DNA from: an uncultured delta proteobacterium
GTDB lineage: Bacteria > Desulfobacterota > Binatia > UBA9968
Assembly: GCA_963760795.1 (NCBI GenBank)
Contig: CAVXEP010000012.1
Coordinates: 320,001 to 384,000 of the forward strand
DNA length: 64,000 bases
Reading direction: 5' to 3'
Made by a program: the position numbers and the translations under genes. Within the stretch, counting starts at the first letter, position 1. Every line of letters begins with the position of its first letter. Below the pieces are notes generated by a model. The model saw only the letters and a list, made by a program, of their open reading frames with translations, searched no databases and was not told where the DNA came from. This document shows positions 9,340 through 19,634 of the stretch, in pieces.

Positions 9340-11031
9340 TCACGACAGCAGCATGATGATGACCATGCCCCAGATCGTCAGGAGCGTGTTGCCTACGGCG
9401 TAGGTAACGGTGTAGCCGAGCGCGGGCACCTGGCTCTTGGCTATATCGCAGACCAGTCCCAGCGATGCCGTCGTCGTGCGCGCCCCGGAAACGATGCCGA
9501 GCGTGAGCGCGTCGTGGAAGCGGAACAGGTACTTGGCGGTGAACATGCCGAGGAGCAGCGGCACCGTGGTGGCGACCACGCCCCACAGGAACAGGCCGAT
9601 GCCCTGCGTCTTCAGGCCGTTGACGAAGCCCGGGCCGGCGGAGATGCCGACGATGGCGATGAAGATGTTCAAGCCCACCGAGTTCATGAACCAGACGGTC
9701 GGCGTCGGGATGCGCCCGAAAGACGGGCGCACCGAGCGCAGCCAGCCGCCGATGATCCCGGCGACGAGCGCGCCGCCGGCGGTCGACAGCGTCAGCGGCA
9801 CCCCGGCCACCGTGAAGACCAGCGCGCCGATCAGCGCGCCGATGACGACGAAGGCGCCGACGAACGCCATGTCGGTGACGTCGGTCGGACGATCCGCGAC
9901 GCCGAGCATCTTGGTGGCGGCGGCGACGTCCTGCGTGCGGCCGACGAGGGTGAGCAGGTCGCCGCGGTTGATCTCGGTGTTCGGCAGGACGGGAATATCG
10001 GTGGCGGTCGCGCCGCGCGTGATCTTGCGCAGGAAAACGCCGCGCGCGTCGGGGCGCCCGGCCAACTCGGTCAGCGTCTTGCCGTCGACATCCTTGTTCG
10101 TCACCAGAACGTCGACGCCTTCCACCGGCACGGCGAGCAGCTCGCGGTCCTCGACTTCGACCGCTGCCTGCAGCACCGTCACCAGCACTTCGCGTTCGCC
10201 CGCGACCGCGACCACGTCGCCCTCTTTCAGGACGGCGTCCGCGGTCGCTTCGATGATCTGGCCATCGCGGCGGATGCGCAGGATGAACAGGCGCGCATTG
10301 GGCACCATCGCCTCCGCCTCGGCGACCCTGAGGCCGGCCGCCTTGCCGCCGGTCTGCACCTTGTACGCGCGCACCGCCCAGCGGTGCCAGGCCGTGCCGG
10401 GCCCGCCGATCTCCTTCTTGCCGCCGCCCTGCTTCTCCTCGTAATCCCTGCAGGCGGCGACGAGATCGATGCGCAGCAGCGCGGGGCCGAAAATGGCGAT
10501 GACGATCGCCGAGCCCATGGTGCCGAACATATAGCTCACCGCGTACGCGACCGGTAGGCCGTCGATTAGCGCCTTGGCTTGGTCGGCGGCCAGGCCCGCT
10601 CGATTGATCGCGTCCGTCGCCAGCCCCATCGACGCGGAGATGGTCTGCGAACCCGCGTAGAGGCCCGCCGAATAGCCGAGATCGTAGCCGGCCACTTTCG
10701 CGACCACGACGGCGGTAATCAGGCAGAACACGCATTGGACCACCGAGAAGAGCGCCTGCGGCACGCCGTCCTTGGCGATGCCGCGCACGAACTGCGGCCC
10801 GACGCCGTAGCCGACGGCGAACAGGAACATGAGGAACGAAAACGCCTTGAGCGGTTGGTTGATCGTGATGCCGATCTGCCCAATCACCACGCCGGCGATC
10901 AGGGTGGAGGTCACCGATCCCAGGCCGATGCCCTTGTAGGTGAACTTGCCGAAGTAGTAGCCGAGAGCGAGCGCGAGAAAGATCGCGATCTCCGGGTTGG
11001 TACGCAACGTTGTCGCAAACCATTCAAACAT
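9340..11031 (-). CDS. aspT: Aspartate:alanine exchanger family antiporter, second copy
   Basis: [24 protein letters not shown] and [16 protein letters not shown]. Confidence 0.9.
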   Translation of the reverse strand: MFEWFATTLRTNPEIAIFLALALGYYFGKFTYKGIGLGSVTSTLIAGVVIGQIGITINQPLKAFSFLMFLFAVGYGVGPQFVRGIAKDGVPQALFSVVQCVFCLITAVVVAKVAGYDLGYSAGLYAGSQTISASMGLATDAINRAGLAADQAKALIDGLPVAYAVSYMFGTMGSAIVIAIFGPALLRIDLVAACRDYEEKQGGGKKEIGGPGTAWHRWAVRAYKVQTGGKAAGLRVAEAEAMVPNARLFILRIRRDGQIIEATADAVLKEGDVVAVAGEREVLVTVLQAAVEVEDRELLAVPVEGVDVLVTNKDVDGKTLTELAGRPDARGVFLRKITRGATATDIPVLPNTEINRGDLLTLVGRTQDVAAATKMLGVADRPTDVTDMAFVGAFVVIGALIGALVFTVAGVPLTLSTAGGALVAGIIGGWLRSVRPSFGRIPTPTVWFMNSVGLNIFIAIVGISAGPGFVNGLKTQGIGLFLWGVVATTVPLLLGMFTAKYLFRFHDALTLGIVSGARTTTASLGLVCDIAKSQVPALGYTVTYAVGNTLLTIWGMVIIMLLS

Positions 11032-11086
11032 ATTGTCCTCCGTTCAGCTTAGCCCATCGCCTTTGTGGTTTGACCGTCGTCGCAGT

Positions 11087-13828
11087 TTAACTGTCATTAA
11101 GTTTACCTTTCCGCTTGGCCAGCACCGAAGGTTTGAGCAGCTTCAATCCATGGGCAGCGTGATAGCCGTGAATCTCTTTCACGTCGAGTTTGCGCATGAA
11201 GGTGATGGTATCTGCGGTGATGACCTGGCCCGGCACCATGATCGGGAAACCGGGCGGATACGGAATCACAAAGTTTGCCGACACCAGCTCTGGGCCTTTC
11301 TTGAGCCGGTCGTCAATCTCCTTGCTCGCCAGCCTGATGAATTCGCAATTGGCGTCGTCGTAGGCCATGTAAAACGGTTGCCGCATATGGCCCTCGTTGC
11401 TTACGCTCTTGGGTTTTTCGCGGAAAGCATCATGGAAGCGACTGAAGTTGGGCAGGTCGGGTACGTCGGTCATCAGCGATTTCACCCGCGCGGCAAATTC
11501 CGCCTGCTCTTCGCGCCCCCCCTGGGCGAAGCGCTGCTCGATCTCGCGCGATAGATCGGCGAGCACTTTGATGAGCAGCGCGCCATCGCTGCGCGTGTTG
11601 TTAATGTTGGTCTGGACCAGGATGCTGTTACGCGAAGTCTTATTGATCTGAATATCGAAGCGTTCCGCCAGCAGGTTCTTGAACTGGGTGCCGTCGAAGC
11701 CCGCCGTGCCGCAGACCAGCGTCAACCGGGTTGGGTCGAGGGCGAACTCGTCGTTGTTCCAAGCCTCGACGACGTCCCGCCAGGTGGAATTGGGCGGTCC
11801 ATAATCTTTGATTCCGGAGGCGCGGTACTCGGCCGGGACCATATCGGCCGCAGTGGCGATATGAAAGTACTTGGAGATGAGCGGATGGTTGTTCACCTCC
11901 CGGCGAATTTTGAACGCCAGCTCGGTGGCTTTCATGGTGAGCTCGTAGCCTTCCAACTCCATTTGCCGCCGGGCGATGTCCAGCGATGCGATAATCTGCT
12001 GGTTCGGCGACGTCGAGGTGTGCGTGAAGAAGGCTTCTTCGAACGGCCCTTCGACCTGATGGAAGTCCTCGTCCCATATCAGAATGATCGAGCCCTGACG
12101 CAGTGCCGACATCGATTTGTGCACCGAGTTGGTCTGGTAGACCCGGATGCGCACTTTATCGGGGTCCGGCAGCAGCTGCATGTCGAGCAGCTTCGGGCTT
12201 TTTGGGTCGAGCTTGCCGGCTTTTGCGACAAACGCCTTGTACTCTTCACGATAGGCAGGGTCGCGGTAGCGCTCCGTCAGCGCCGCCGCCGCGCCCATGG
12301 CCGTGCGCGAGCGGTGAAACGCGTTGAAGCGGGCGAAACCAAACCATGCTTCGTCCCACAGGAAGATCAAGTCCGGTTTAATGGCGAGGCATTCCTCCAT
12401 GACGCGCCGCGGATTGTACATATGGCCGTCAAAGGTGCAGTTGGTCATATCGACCGCCCTGACGCGATCGAGCGTGCCTTCGGCTTTGCAATCGAGCAGT
12501 GCTTTCTTGATCGTGCGCAGCGGCACGGCGCCGTACATCGAGTACTGTGTAAGCGGATAAGCCTCGACGTAATAAGGCTGCACCCCCGCCAGCACGAAAC
12601 CATAGTGGTGCGATTTGTGGCAGTTGCGGTCGACAATCACGATATCGCCCGGTTTGCAGATCGCCTGCACGACAATTTTGTTGGATGTCGACGTGCCGTT
12701 GGTGCCGAAGTAGGCGCGCTTGGCGCCGAACGCCCGTGCCGCGTACTCATGGGCTTTCTTGATGTTGCCGGTGGGTTCGAGCAGGCTGTCGAGTCCGCCG
12801 CTGGTCGCCGACGACTCGGCGAGAAACAGATTCATGCCGTAGAATTGGCCCATGTCGCGGATCCAGTTGGAGCGGAAGATCGACTTGCCGCGCGCCACCG
12901 GCAGCGCGTGAAACGTGCCGATCGGGCGTTGCGCATAGCGCTTGAGATTGGAGAAAAACGGCGTGTCGTAGCGATCATTGACGCCGTCGAGGATCGAGAG
13001 GTGGACCTCCGTAATCTCTTCAACGCTGTGAAAGATGCGCCGGATCGGCGCCACCGTGTCGCTGCCGGCAATTTTCTCAGCGCCTCGATCCGTGAGCAGA
13101 TAAATGTCCAACTCGGGGCGAAACTTCTTAATTAACCGGGCGAGGGTCGTCGCCAGCGCCCCAGACGCAATGGCAGCCGGATCGACATTCGAATTGCGCA
13201 TCAGAAAGTCGCGCATCACCGTTAGCTCATGGTGCGAGCGGAATTGGAAGCCGTCGTAAATGACGACCGCCTGGACATTGTGGTTGAAAATCGTCCCGAT
13301 GACGCCGTCTTCGAAGCTGCCGACCTGGACGATCTCATAATGAAAAATATCTTCCGGGCGCCGCAGCCGCTTCAGATCGTTGCGCGCCCGTTCCCAGGTG
13401 CTCGGGTCGTTGGGCGTGACCACCAGCACTTCGAAGTACGGTTTGCGGCTATCGCCGGTCTGGCCGTCGGGCGGCAAGACATCGAGAGGGCGGGACTCGC
13501 TTTCCTGCAAAGGGTCCCAAGCACCGCTATCGTGGCGGTAACCGCCGGTCAGCAGCGAATTGGAAATTTTTTGCACGAGCCGTGCGAACACGCCCGCATT
13601 AGCCTCACCCAGCGATTCCCGAACAGTCGCCATCAGGCGCGACCCTGGGTAAGCCCAATAGCTCTCCAGCGGGCTGATTTCCGCCAAAAGTTCGGCGGCC
13701 TGGGCGTGCAATTGGTCTACGGCTTGGCCCTGCGCAATCGCCGCCTCCAAGGCTCGCCCCACCGAGTTCATCTCCGACCAGCGATCGATTCTCGCTTCGG
13801 CCGCCGAAAAAAAATCTTTAAGATCCAT
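11087..13828 (-). CDS. Large Orn/Lys/Arg decarboxylase family PLP enzyme (913 aa)
   Basis: DRNCHKSHHYG, NCTFDG, WDEAWFGFA, SVHKSMSALRQGS (PLP Lys), HTSTSPNQQI and IPYPPGFPIMVPGQ. Confidence 0.9.
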   Translation of the reverse strand: MDLKDFFSAAEARIDRWSEMNSVGRALEAAIAQGQAVDQLHAQAAELLAEISPLESYWAYPGSRLMATVRESLGEANAGVFARLVQKISNSLLTGGYRHDSGAWDPLQESESRPLDVLPPDGQTGDSRKPYFEVLVVTPNDPSTWERARNDLKRLRRPEDIFHYEIVQVGSFEDGVIGTIFNHNVQAVVIYDGFQFRSHHELTVMRDFLMRNSNVDPAAIASGALATTLARLIKKFRPELDIYLLTDRGAEKIAGSDTVAPIRRIFHSVEEITEVHLSILDGVNDRYDTPFFSNLKRYAQRPIGTFHALPVARGKSIFRSNWIRDMGQFYGMNLFLAESSATSGGLDSLLEPTGNIKKAHEYAARAFGAKRAYFGTNGTSTSNKIVVQAICKPGDIVIVDRNCHKSHHYGFVLAGVQPYYVEAYPLTQYSMYGAVPLRTIKKALLDCKAEGTLDRVRAVDMTNCTFDGHMYNPRRVMEECLAIKPDLIFLWDEAWFGFARFNAFHRSRTAMGAAAALTERYRDPAYREEYKAFVAKAGKLDPKSPKLLDMQLLPDPDKVRIRVYQTNSVHKSMSALRQGSIILIWDEDFHQVEGPFEEAFFTHTSTSPNQQIIASLDIARRQMELEGYELTMKATELAFKIRREVNNHPLISKYFHIATAADMVPAEYRASGIKDYGPPNSTWRDVVEAWNNDEFALDPTRLTLVCGTAGFDGTQFKNLLAERFDIQINKTSRNSILVQTNINNTRSDGALLIKVLADLSREIEQRFAQGGREEQAEFAARVKSLMTDVPDLPNFSRFHDAFREKPKSVSNEGHMRQPFYMAYDDANCEFIRLASKEIDDRLKKGPELVSANFVIPYPPGFPIMVPGQVITADTITFMRKLDVKEIHGYHAAHGLKLLKPSVLAKRKGKLNDS

Positions 13829-14082
13829 CGTCCTTCTCCCTTTTATTCAAATTGAGAACGCCGGTCGCGCTCTCCCACTTTGCTTACTGCCAAATCGATC
13901 ATGCTTCGATGAGCGCCGGATGAAATCCCAGCAGCGTGTGACCGATTTCTTCCTCTCCTTCGAATAGTCACAACCAGGATTTTCCAGCGAACCGAAAAAT
14001 CCATCCTGTCGCCAAACCGCATGGCATTCGCATGTTGCCAACACACCGCGAAGTTGTATTAGCAATTTCTAAAAGCCCCGAT

Positions 14083-14100
14083 ATTAAACTTTGGTAAGTC
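14083..14100. promoter_or_regulatory. Degenerate operator copy (ATTAAACTTTGGTAAGTC)
   Basis: The left arm and spacer match the copy at 26394 while the right arm is broken. The flank ATTAGCAA...AAGCC matches the flank of the 30623 copy. It lies upstream of the decarboxylase operon. Confidence 0.45.
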
Positions 14101-14106
14101 TGCTTT

Positions 14107-14466
14107 CTAAGAACTTACCCATGTTCGCGCTTCGGTCTGGCGCGACGGAGTGAAGAATTCGATAGCCGTGGCGCGAAATCCCTTGGCGGTAAAAGCGAGC
14201 GCGTCGTCTTGCCATTTTTCATCGCCGACGATAGCCATTTTCTCGATGTTTCGACCCTGATCCATCATGAAGCTCACGTCTCCCCAGTCTGCGCGCCGCT
14301 CCCAGCCTTCGAATGCTTCGAGAATAACCAGGGCGTGGACCTTCCCCTCCCGCTCGATGGCTTCCTTGGCAATCTCGATGATCCGATCATAATCGGCTTT
14401 ATTGAACATTCGCCGTACTTTTAGCTGCAGGAGTTTTCCCGCCGTATCGATTATTTCCACCGGCAT
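14107..14466 (-). CDS. STAS/SEC14 (SpoIIAA-like) domain protein
   Basis: FEGWE...WGDVSF...IEKMAIVGDEKW...IEFF...EARTWV pattern. Confidence 0.8.
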   Translation of the reverse strand: MPVEIIDTAGKLLQLKVRRMFNKADYDRIIEIAKEAIEREGKVHALVILEAFEGWERRADWGDVSFMMDQGRNIEKMAIVGDEKWQDDALAFTAKGFRATAIEFFTPSRQTEARTWVSS

Positions 14467-14760
14467 AGCCCTATCTCCACGCAACTGTCTTTCTTACGTT
14501 CGGGGTTTGAATTGAGAAAACGCTAACGCGAGTAACTTAATTTGAATGGTTTCTGATATGCATCGGGAATACCCTGGTTTCCCGCTTCGAAATCCCTTAG
14601 GGGTAAAGCGCGGCTCCAGCCGAGATATCCATCACCTCGCGTGCAAGTGTGAACTTGCGCCCTGTAACCATCGACACCAGTGACTCTCCTGTGCGTAACT
14701 TCCGAAGTGGACACAGATCGGGCACATCAATGATTATTTATTGGCTCAAAAATTCATCGC

Positions 14761-14850
14761 GCTTGCCTGGTCCTGCATGCTGCCTAGCGCGAGGTCGGAA
14801 AGGCGCCGGTCCGGGTAACCACCGCCGACGTCGCAGTGCGCCCCCATGAA
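14761..14850 (-). pseudogene. Relic of a DUF2235 (Tle1-like alpha/beta hydrolase) gene
   Basis: Isolated ~30 codons reading FMGAHCDVGGGYPDRRLSDLAL, matching the WFxGxHxDVGGGY motif. Confidence 0.6.
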
Positions 14851-14946
14851 CCGGCAAACCGAGGCGACAGCGCTGTGTATAGCTCATGTCAGGTTCTCAA
14901 CCAGTGTCGAGGATCGGGTGAAAGCAAGACCATTCTCGCCCGGCCG

Positions 14947-15016
14947 TTTTTCACGGGAGGCAGCAGAGCGAACGGAGCTCTTAAAAAAAGTCTCGGTTAA
15001 CTCCGCCGGCTCCTGC
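14947..15016. repeat. REP-like inverted repeat, family A (ACAGGAGGCAACAGAG-type)
   Basis: ACGGGAGGCAGCAGAGCGAACGGAG ... CTCGGTTAACTCCGCCGGCTCCTGC. Confidence 0.6.
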
Positions 15017-15063
15017 CAAATTGAAGTCCTCGCCGCTCCAGCCTCGACACTCGTTGCGCGTCG

Positions 15064-16035
15064 CTAATGCTTCACCTCCACCCAAGTCTTGTCTGGGTTA
15101 TATTCCTTCATCGCCGCGGCAACAGCCGCGGTCATTTTGCCCAAGTCTTTTTGAAAGACCTTGCCGTCATGATTGACGATGAAACTCATGACGCCGGAGT
15201 TTCCATACGTCGCGGGGTATGCGACCAAGGCAAAGCCGCCGATCATTTTTCCTTTGACGAAGTAGCTGTACGCTCCGCCGGATGCGTCTTTTCCTTGCGC
15301 CGTCAGAATTCTGTAGTAATAGCCGTGATAGGGAACCGGCTTATCGCTCGCTTTATAGCCCTGGCTCCTTGCCTCGGCGACAAACCGCCCTAGTGGGCTT
15401 TGCGCCTCGCCTGCCTTGGCTTCCCAGTAAAGACCGTTTTTTTTGCCCGGGTCGCTGTGAAATTTCTGCGCGTATTCCAGCAGCGCATTGCGGTCCCGGT
15501 CTTTGGTCGCGTATTCGCGCTGGGCATCGACGTAGGCCAACGACACCTGGATGGCGTCCAGCTCATTCTGTCCAATGCGCCGGTTGAGGATTTCTTCTCT
15601 GCCCTTGTCGGCGTCGAACACCCAACCCTCGGCTTTCTTGACCAGCGGAATTGGATACGGCCATTCGCTTTTACCGACCTTGACGATGCGGTTTTCGCCT
15701 TCGCTGACGATGCTGACCTTTTCGTCATAGAGTGCCAAAAACCGCTCACGCCTTTGCTTGTCCGCCGCCGCGTCGCCGGAAAACAACACTTCTTTGGCGT
15801 GGGCGCCGTAGATCGCCAAAAGCTCCTTTTCGTCGTTGTTCTTAGCAGCAGCAATGGCGGCTTTCACCGCCTCTTCGGGGGTCGCGAAACTCTTCTGCTT
15901 TGCCGGTGTCGCGGCCAACGAGAGCTGGCATAGGGTGAGTGCCAAAATAATCATCGCCCCGAACGCGGACCATTGCCGGCGTGGGTATTTGTTCTGATTT
16001 GCGCCGAGATCGTGAAGCATCGCTTCTTCCTCCAT
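15064..16035 (-). CDS. DUF2950 family exported protein, copy 1
   Basis: QKSFATPEEAV, WPYPIPLVK, EEILNRRIGQNEL, PYHGYYYRILTAQG and GGFALVAYPATYGNSGVMSFIVN. Confidence 0.9.
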   Translation of the reverse strand: MEEEAMLHDLGANQNKYPRRQWSAFGAMIILALTLCQLSLAATPAKQKSFATPEEAVKAAIAAAKNNDEKELLAIYGAHAKEVLFSGDAAADKQRRERFLALYDEKVSIVSEGENRIVKVGKSEWPYPIPLVKKAEGWVFDADKGREEILNRRIGQNELDAIQVSLAYVDAQREYATKDRDRNALLEYAQKFHSDPGKKNGLYWEAKAGEAQSPLGRFVAEARSQGYKASDKPVPYHGYYYRILTAQGKDASGGAYSYFVKGKMIGGFALVAYPATYGNSGVMSFIVNHDGKVFQKDLGKMTAAVAAAMKEYNPDKTWVEVKH

Positions 16036-16049
16036 GAAATGAGATACGC

Positions 16050-16102
16050 GGGTCGAGGGTCAGGTGTCGAGGGAATTTTCACTCGACACTCGTCGCTCGC
16101 TA
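16050..16102. repeat. 7-bp period REP-like inverted repeat, family B (GTCGAGG/CTCGACA)
   Basis: GGTCGAGGGTCAGGTGTCGAGGG-AATTTTC-ACTCGACACTCG. An 18-bp stretch is identical to 26497-26514. Confidence 0.6.
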
Positions 16103-16108
16103 CTTTTC

Positions 16109-17353
16109 TTACCGGCGGCGTCCGCCGCCACCACCGCCGCCGCCTCTTGAGCCGCCGCCACCACCACCTCTTGAACCGCCACCGCCGCTAGACCGGCTCG
16201 CGCTGCCGCGTTGACTAGCGCTACTGGCGGCACCTCCACCACGCTCCATGCCTTGATAGGCGCCGCCCCGGTTGCTGCCACCGCCGCGGTCGCCGCCGCC
16301 ACCGAGTTGACTCGCGCCACCGCGGTCGCCGCCGCCACCGAGTTGACTCGCGCCACCGCGATCCGCTGTGGCTGGACGATTGCCGCCGCCCAATTCGCCC
16401 GCGCCGCCACGATCGCCAAGGCCGCCTTGGTCGGCTCGGCCGCGAAACTGCTCGCGCGACTTGATCGCATCGTTAGTGCCGGCTTTGTTAAACTTTTGCG
16501 CCGTCCCTTGATCGCGATAAGAAACACCCTTGCGGTGCTCGGCGTTATGCTGCCACCTGCCCTGGTCGCCCGCCGGCCGAGTTTGCCCTTTATTGCGATC
16601 GATGTTGTTGTTGATGTTGGTGTTTCGGCTATTATTTATGTTGACGTCTCCGCCGCCCCAATTGCTATTGCCCCAGGCATAACCCCATGCTGCGCCCATG
16701 GCCATACCCGCGCCAAACCATAACATCGACGAAGCTACGTAACCTGGTGGATAGTAGGCATAAGGGGGATAGGCGGGGTAGGGCCACCCGCCGTACACCA
16801 CTGTGGGATTATATGTCGGTACGTAAATCACCTCTGGATTCGCGGGTTCGATCTTGATGATTTTCTCCTCGACGATGACCTTCTGCTCGTTGGTCGTCTT
16901 GAGATTGCCAGCCGCCTGCGCCTTGGCGCGCATGCTTTGGATCGTATCGAGAACCTTTTTTTGATCCGCCAAAAAGGCATCGCCCAACTTTTGCGTCCAG
17001 TCGAGCTTCTCGCTCATCATGGTGAGCACCTGGGGAAAGTTCACCAGGGATTTCACGCTTGGGTCCCAGTTCTGTTTCTCGAGAGCCGCAGTCAGCGCGT
17101 CCCCCTTCAGACTCGCATTTTGCTTGGCAAACCGCTCCGCTTGAACGATTTCCAACGGATAAGTCGAAGCCATCAAGATTTGCGCTATGAGATCGTCGGG
17201 GTGCAGCGCGATGGGCGCCACTACCTGCTCCAGTTCTTCCTGTTTGAAAACCGCGGTGCCCTCGGGCTGCTGCGCGATCAATGACGGAGGCGCCGCCAGT
17301 AGCACCACCAGGAGCCAGCTCAACCGACGCATTAATCCTCGTCTTGTTTTCAT
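16109..17353 (-). CDS. DUF3300 family protein with RGG-rich tail, copy 1
   Basis: QEELEQVVAPIALHPDDLIAQILMASTYP, WDPSVKSLVNFPQVL, WTQKLGDAFLA and IYVPTYNPTVVYG. Start taken at MKTRRG. Confidence 0.9.
   Translation of the reverse strand: MKTRRGLMRRLSWLLVVLLAAPPSLIAQQPEGTAVFKQEELEQVVAPIALHPDDLIAQILMASTYPLEIVQAERFAKQNASLKGDALTAALEKQNWDPSVKSLVNFPQVLTMMSEKLDWTQKLGDAFLADQKKVLDTIQSMRAKAQAAGNLKTTNEQKVIVEEKIIKIEPANPEVIYVPTYNPTVVYGGWPYPAYPPYAYYPPGYVASSMLWFGAGMAMGAAWGYAWGNSNWGGGDVNINNSRNTNINNNIDRNKGQTRPAGDQGRWQHNAEHRKGVSYRDQGTAQKFNKAGTNDAIKSREQFRGRADQGGLGDRGGAGELGGGNRPATADRGGASQLGGGGDRGGASQLGGGGDRGGGSNRGGAYQGMERGGGAASSASQRGSASRSSGGGGSRGGGGGGSRGGGGGGGGRRR
16285..16356. repeat. 36-bp perfect tandem duplication encoding DRGGASQLGGGG
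   Basis: Two identical units starting at 16285 and 16321, inside the DUF3300 tail. Confidence 0.85.
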
Positions 17354-17823
17354 GATTTTCCTTCCCGGTTTCCCGAAACACATCTCTGCTGAGCGCTCGT
17401 CACGATGCCGCGAGCAAATCGATCCCGGCCGCGTCGATCTCCTGCATCTTGATTCGGACATTTTTAGTTTTCACTGTGGCATTTTGAACACAAGTAACGT
17501 TGCGCACTCGCTCTCTGCTACAACGCCGTGTTGCAGCGACGTTATCCGTGTTTGCCTTGCCATGCAGCTTCTTTTTATCAGCGCCAAGCAGCATCTGTCC
17601 AGTGCCAAACCCTTCCGCCACGACCGCGATCACAATAGATTGCATCGACTCCTGTTCTGGTGGTCCACGGCGCGTTCGCGACCCGTGGGCAACAGCAGCG
17701 CCGCCGGCAAACTTAGCCTCATCAGCGCAAAGGTCGTCCGGCACTACAACTCCCATGCGGTCACTACCCCTTAGTAAAGGATGCGGAAGTGCTTATTTGA
17801 TTGCGCGCGGCCGAGCGGGATTT

Positions 17824-18942
17824 TTACCTCTCATCGTTGCCGTTGTCATGCTTGACCGTTGCGGCAGCCACCTCACTCCCGGCTACGGCTGCGGGCGCCG
17901 TGGCGTCGATCCAAGCATTCAATAAGGTGTAGGCCACCGCGAGCACTACCGGACCGACGAACAACCCGATCACGCCGAAGGCGAACAGCCCGCCGATCAC
18001 GCCAGAGAAGATAAGCAAAAGCGGCAGATCGGCGCCGCGCCGAATCAATATGGGGCGCAAAACATTATCCATTGTGCCGACAACCGCGGTCCAGACCAAA
18101 AGCACCGTGCCCAAGGCGGCATGGCCAGCCCAGTATAGCCAGATCACTGCGGGAACCATCACCGGCATCGGTCCGATCTGCGCGATCCCCAAAAACAGCA
18201 TGACCGCGGTCAGGATCACCGCGTAAGGGATGCCGACCAGCGCCAGGCCGATGCCCGCAAGGACCGACTGGACCACAGCCGTTACCACGACGCCGAGAGC
18301 CACGCCGCGAATCGCTTGGGCGGCGAGACGAAGCGCGTTCTCGCCCCGCGCGCCGCCAAGGCGGGCGGCGAATCGGCGCGCATAGTCGGCGGCTGTCTCG
18401 CCGTTGACATATAGAATGGCAGCGATGAGCAGTGTTAGCGCGAAATGGAAAAGCATCAGTCCCAGTCCGCCGACCTGGCTGACGAACCAGCCGACGACAT
18501 TGTCGACATACGGCAGTCCGTGGACAGCCAACCCCTCGGCGCCGCCGGCGGCAAGCCTGCGCCATTCCGATGCGATCTTCGCGCCGACCACGGGCAGACG
18601 CTCGACCCAATCAGGCGGGGGCGCAAGGGCGAAGGAAACCAGAGACTTTGATCCAGCGGCAATATCCAGTGAGTGATCGACGACGGTGACGACTGCGACG
18701 GTGATCGGCGCGATCAGAATCGCCATCGCGGCGACGATCATGACCACCACCGCGAGGGACCGCTTGCCGCCTAGCCATGACTGCGCGCCAAGCAACAGCG
18801 GCCAGGTCGCCACGACGATCATAATCGCCCAGATCAGCGCCAACAGAAATGGCTTGAGAATCCAAAAGCTGGCGCCGATGAGCAGGCCGATAAACAGCAA
18901 CAGCAGAGTGTTGTGAGTCAGATCTCGCGATGCATTGTTCAT
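17824..18942 (-). CDS. AI-2E family transporter (YdiK-like)
   Basis: WAIMIVVATWPLL, IRGVALGVVVTA and DNVLRPILIRRGADLPLLLIFSGVIGGLFAFG. Confidence 0.9.
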   Translation of the reverse strand: MNNASRDLTHNTLLLLFIGLLIGASFWILKPFLLALIWAIMIVVATWPLLLGAQSWLGGKRSLAVVVMIVAAMAILIAPITVAVVTVVDHSLDIAAGSKSLVSFALAPPPDWVERLPVVGAKIASEWRRLAAGGAEGLAVHGLPYVDNVVGWFVSQVGGLGLMLFHFALTLLIAAILYVNGETAADYARRFAARLGGARGENALRLAAQAIRGVALGVVVTAVVQSVLAGIGLALVGIPYAVILTAVMLFLGIAQIGPMPVMVPAVIWLYWAGHAALGTVLLVWTAVVGTMDNVLRPILIRRGADLPLLLIFSGVIGGLFAFGVIGLFVGPVVLAVAYTLLNAWIDATAPAAVAGSEVAAATVKHDNGNDER

Positions 18943-19059
18943 TCGCTCCCTCCGGCCGGTCGATCTAGTTTTTGATCGAACCCGCTACCGGGTTCTTAAT
19001 CCGATATCAGGCCGTGCGTGCCGTTTTACTGTTAAGATCTTTTACTGGCTGGTGCCGAT

Positions 19060-19262
19060 ATCGACAAACGAAGCTAAGTAGGAGCTAACCCCATCTTGAT
19101 TCCTTAGCACCACACCGCCCACGCCCCCCGCCAGTGCAATCCCTGCTTCAGCCGCCACGTAGGTTCCCGCTCACTTCGCGCTGTCCGTCAAATTGTATAC
19201 GTCCCCAGTAGCGCTCGCTTTGCTGATGCCGAAATCTACCACGTCAAACCGTCGATGGAGAA
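19060..19262 (-). pseudogene. Relic of a small DUF1134/EipA-like exported beta protein
   Basis: Reads FSIDGL/VVDFGISKASATGDVYNLTDSAK*AGTYVAAEAGIALAGGVGGVVLRNQDGV, with a frameshift and an in-frame TGA at 19171-19173. Confidence 0.55.
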
Positions 19263-19365
19263 CGCGCCTCGCCAAGCGCTTGCCAACCGCCCCACTCTCG
19301 TGCCGCGATAGTCGGTCGCTCTCTTTGGGCTGAGCTAGTTCTAGCGAATAGTTAATAAGCTGCAT

Positions 19366-19383
19366 ATTGGACTTTGGTCCAAT
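19366..19383. promoter_or_regulatory. Palindromic operator copy 2 (ATTGGACTTTGGTCCAAT)
   Basis: Perfect arms that extend to ATATTGGAC/GTCCAATAT. Upstream of the relic and the AI-2E gene. Confidence 0.8.
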
Positions 19384-19634
19384 ATAGAAAAGCTCACTTG
19401 GATAATGGGGCCTCGCCTTGCTCTCTCAACAAAACAGCAAGCGCTACAACGATTAGGATAGTCTCGTGACGCAGGTTGCTGAAAGAAACTTCATCTCACA
19501 GGAGCTAACAGAGGCAACAGAGTTTTTCATCGAAACCAATTCTATTCTCAAATCGCGCCTCGGAAATTCCAACAGCAGTGTTTTAACCCAGCGTCTCATT
19601 TTTTCGTCACTTAAGCTTTGCGAAAACTTTGGTG

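Noticed and set aside
9323-11023. 566-aa same-strand alternative-frame ORF over aspT
   Set aside because: Arg-rich frame-shadow composition. The overlapping frame has clear AspT motifs.
14022-14040. TGGCA-N9-TGCCA as a sigma54 promoter
   Set aside because: GG-to-GC spacing is not 10 bp on either strand.
17400-17756. 118-aa minus-strand ORF upstream of DUF3300 copy 1
   Set aside because: No motif or RBS support. It may be intergenic or decayed sequence.
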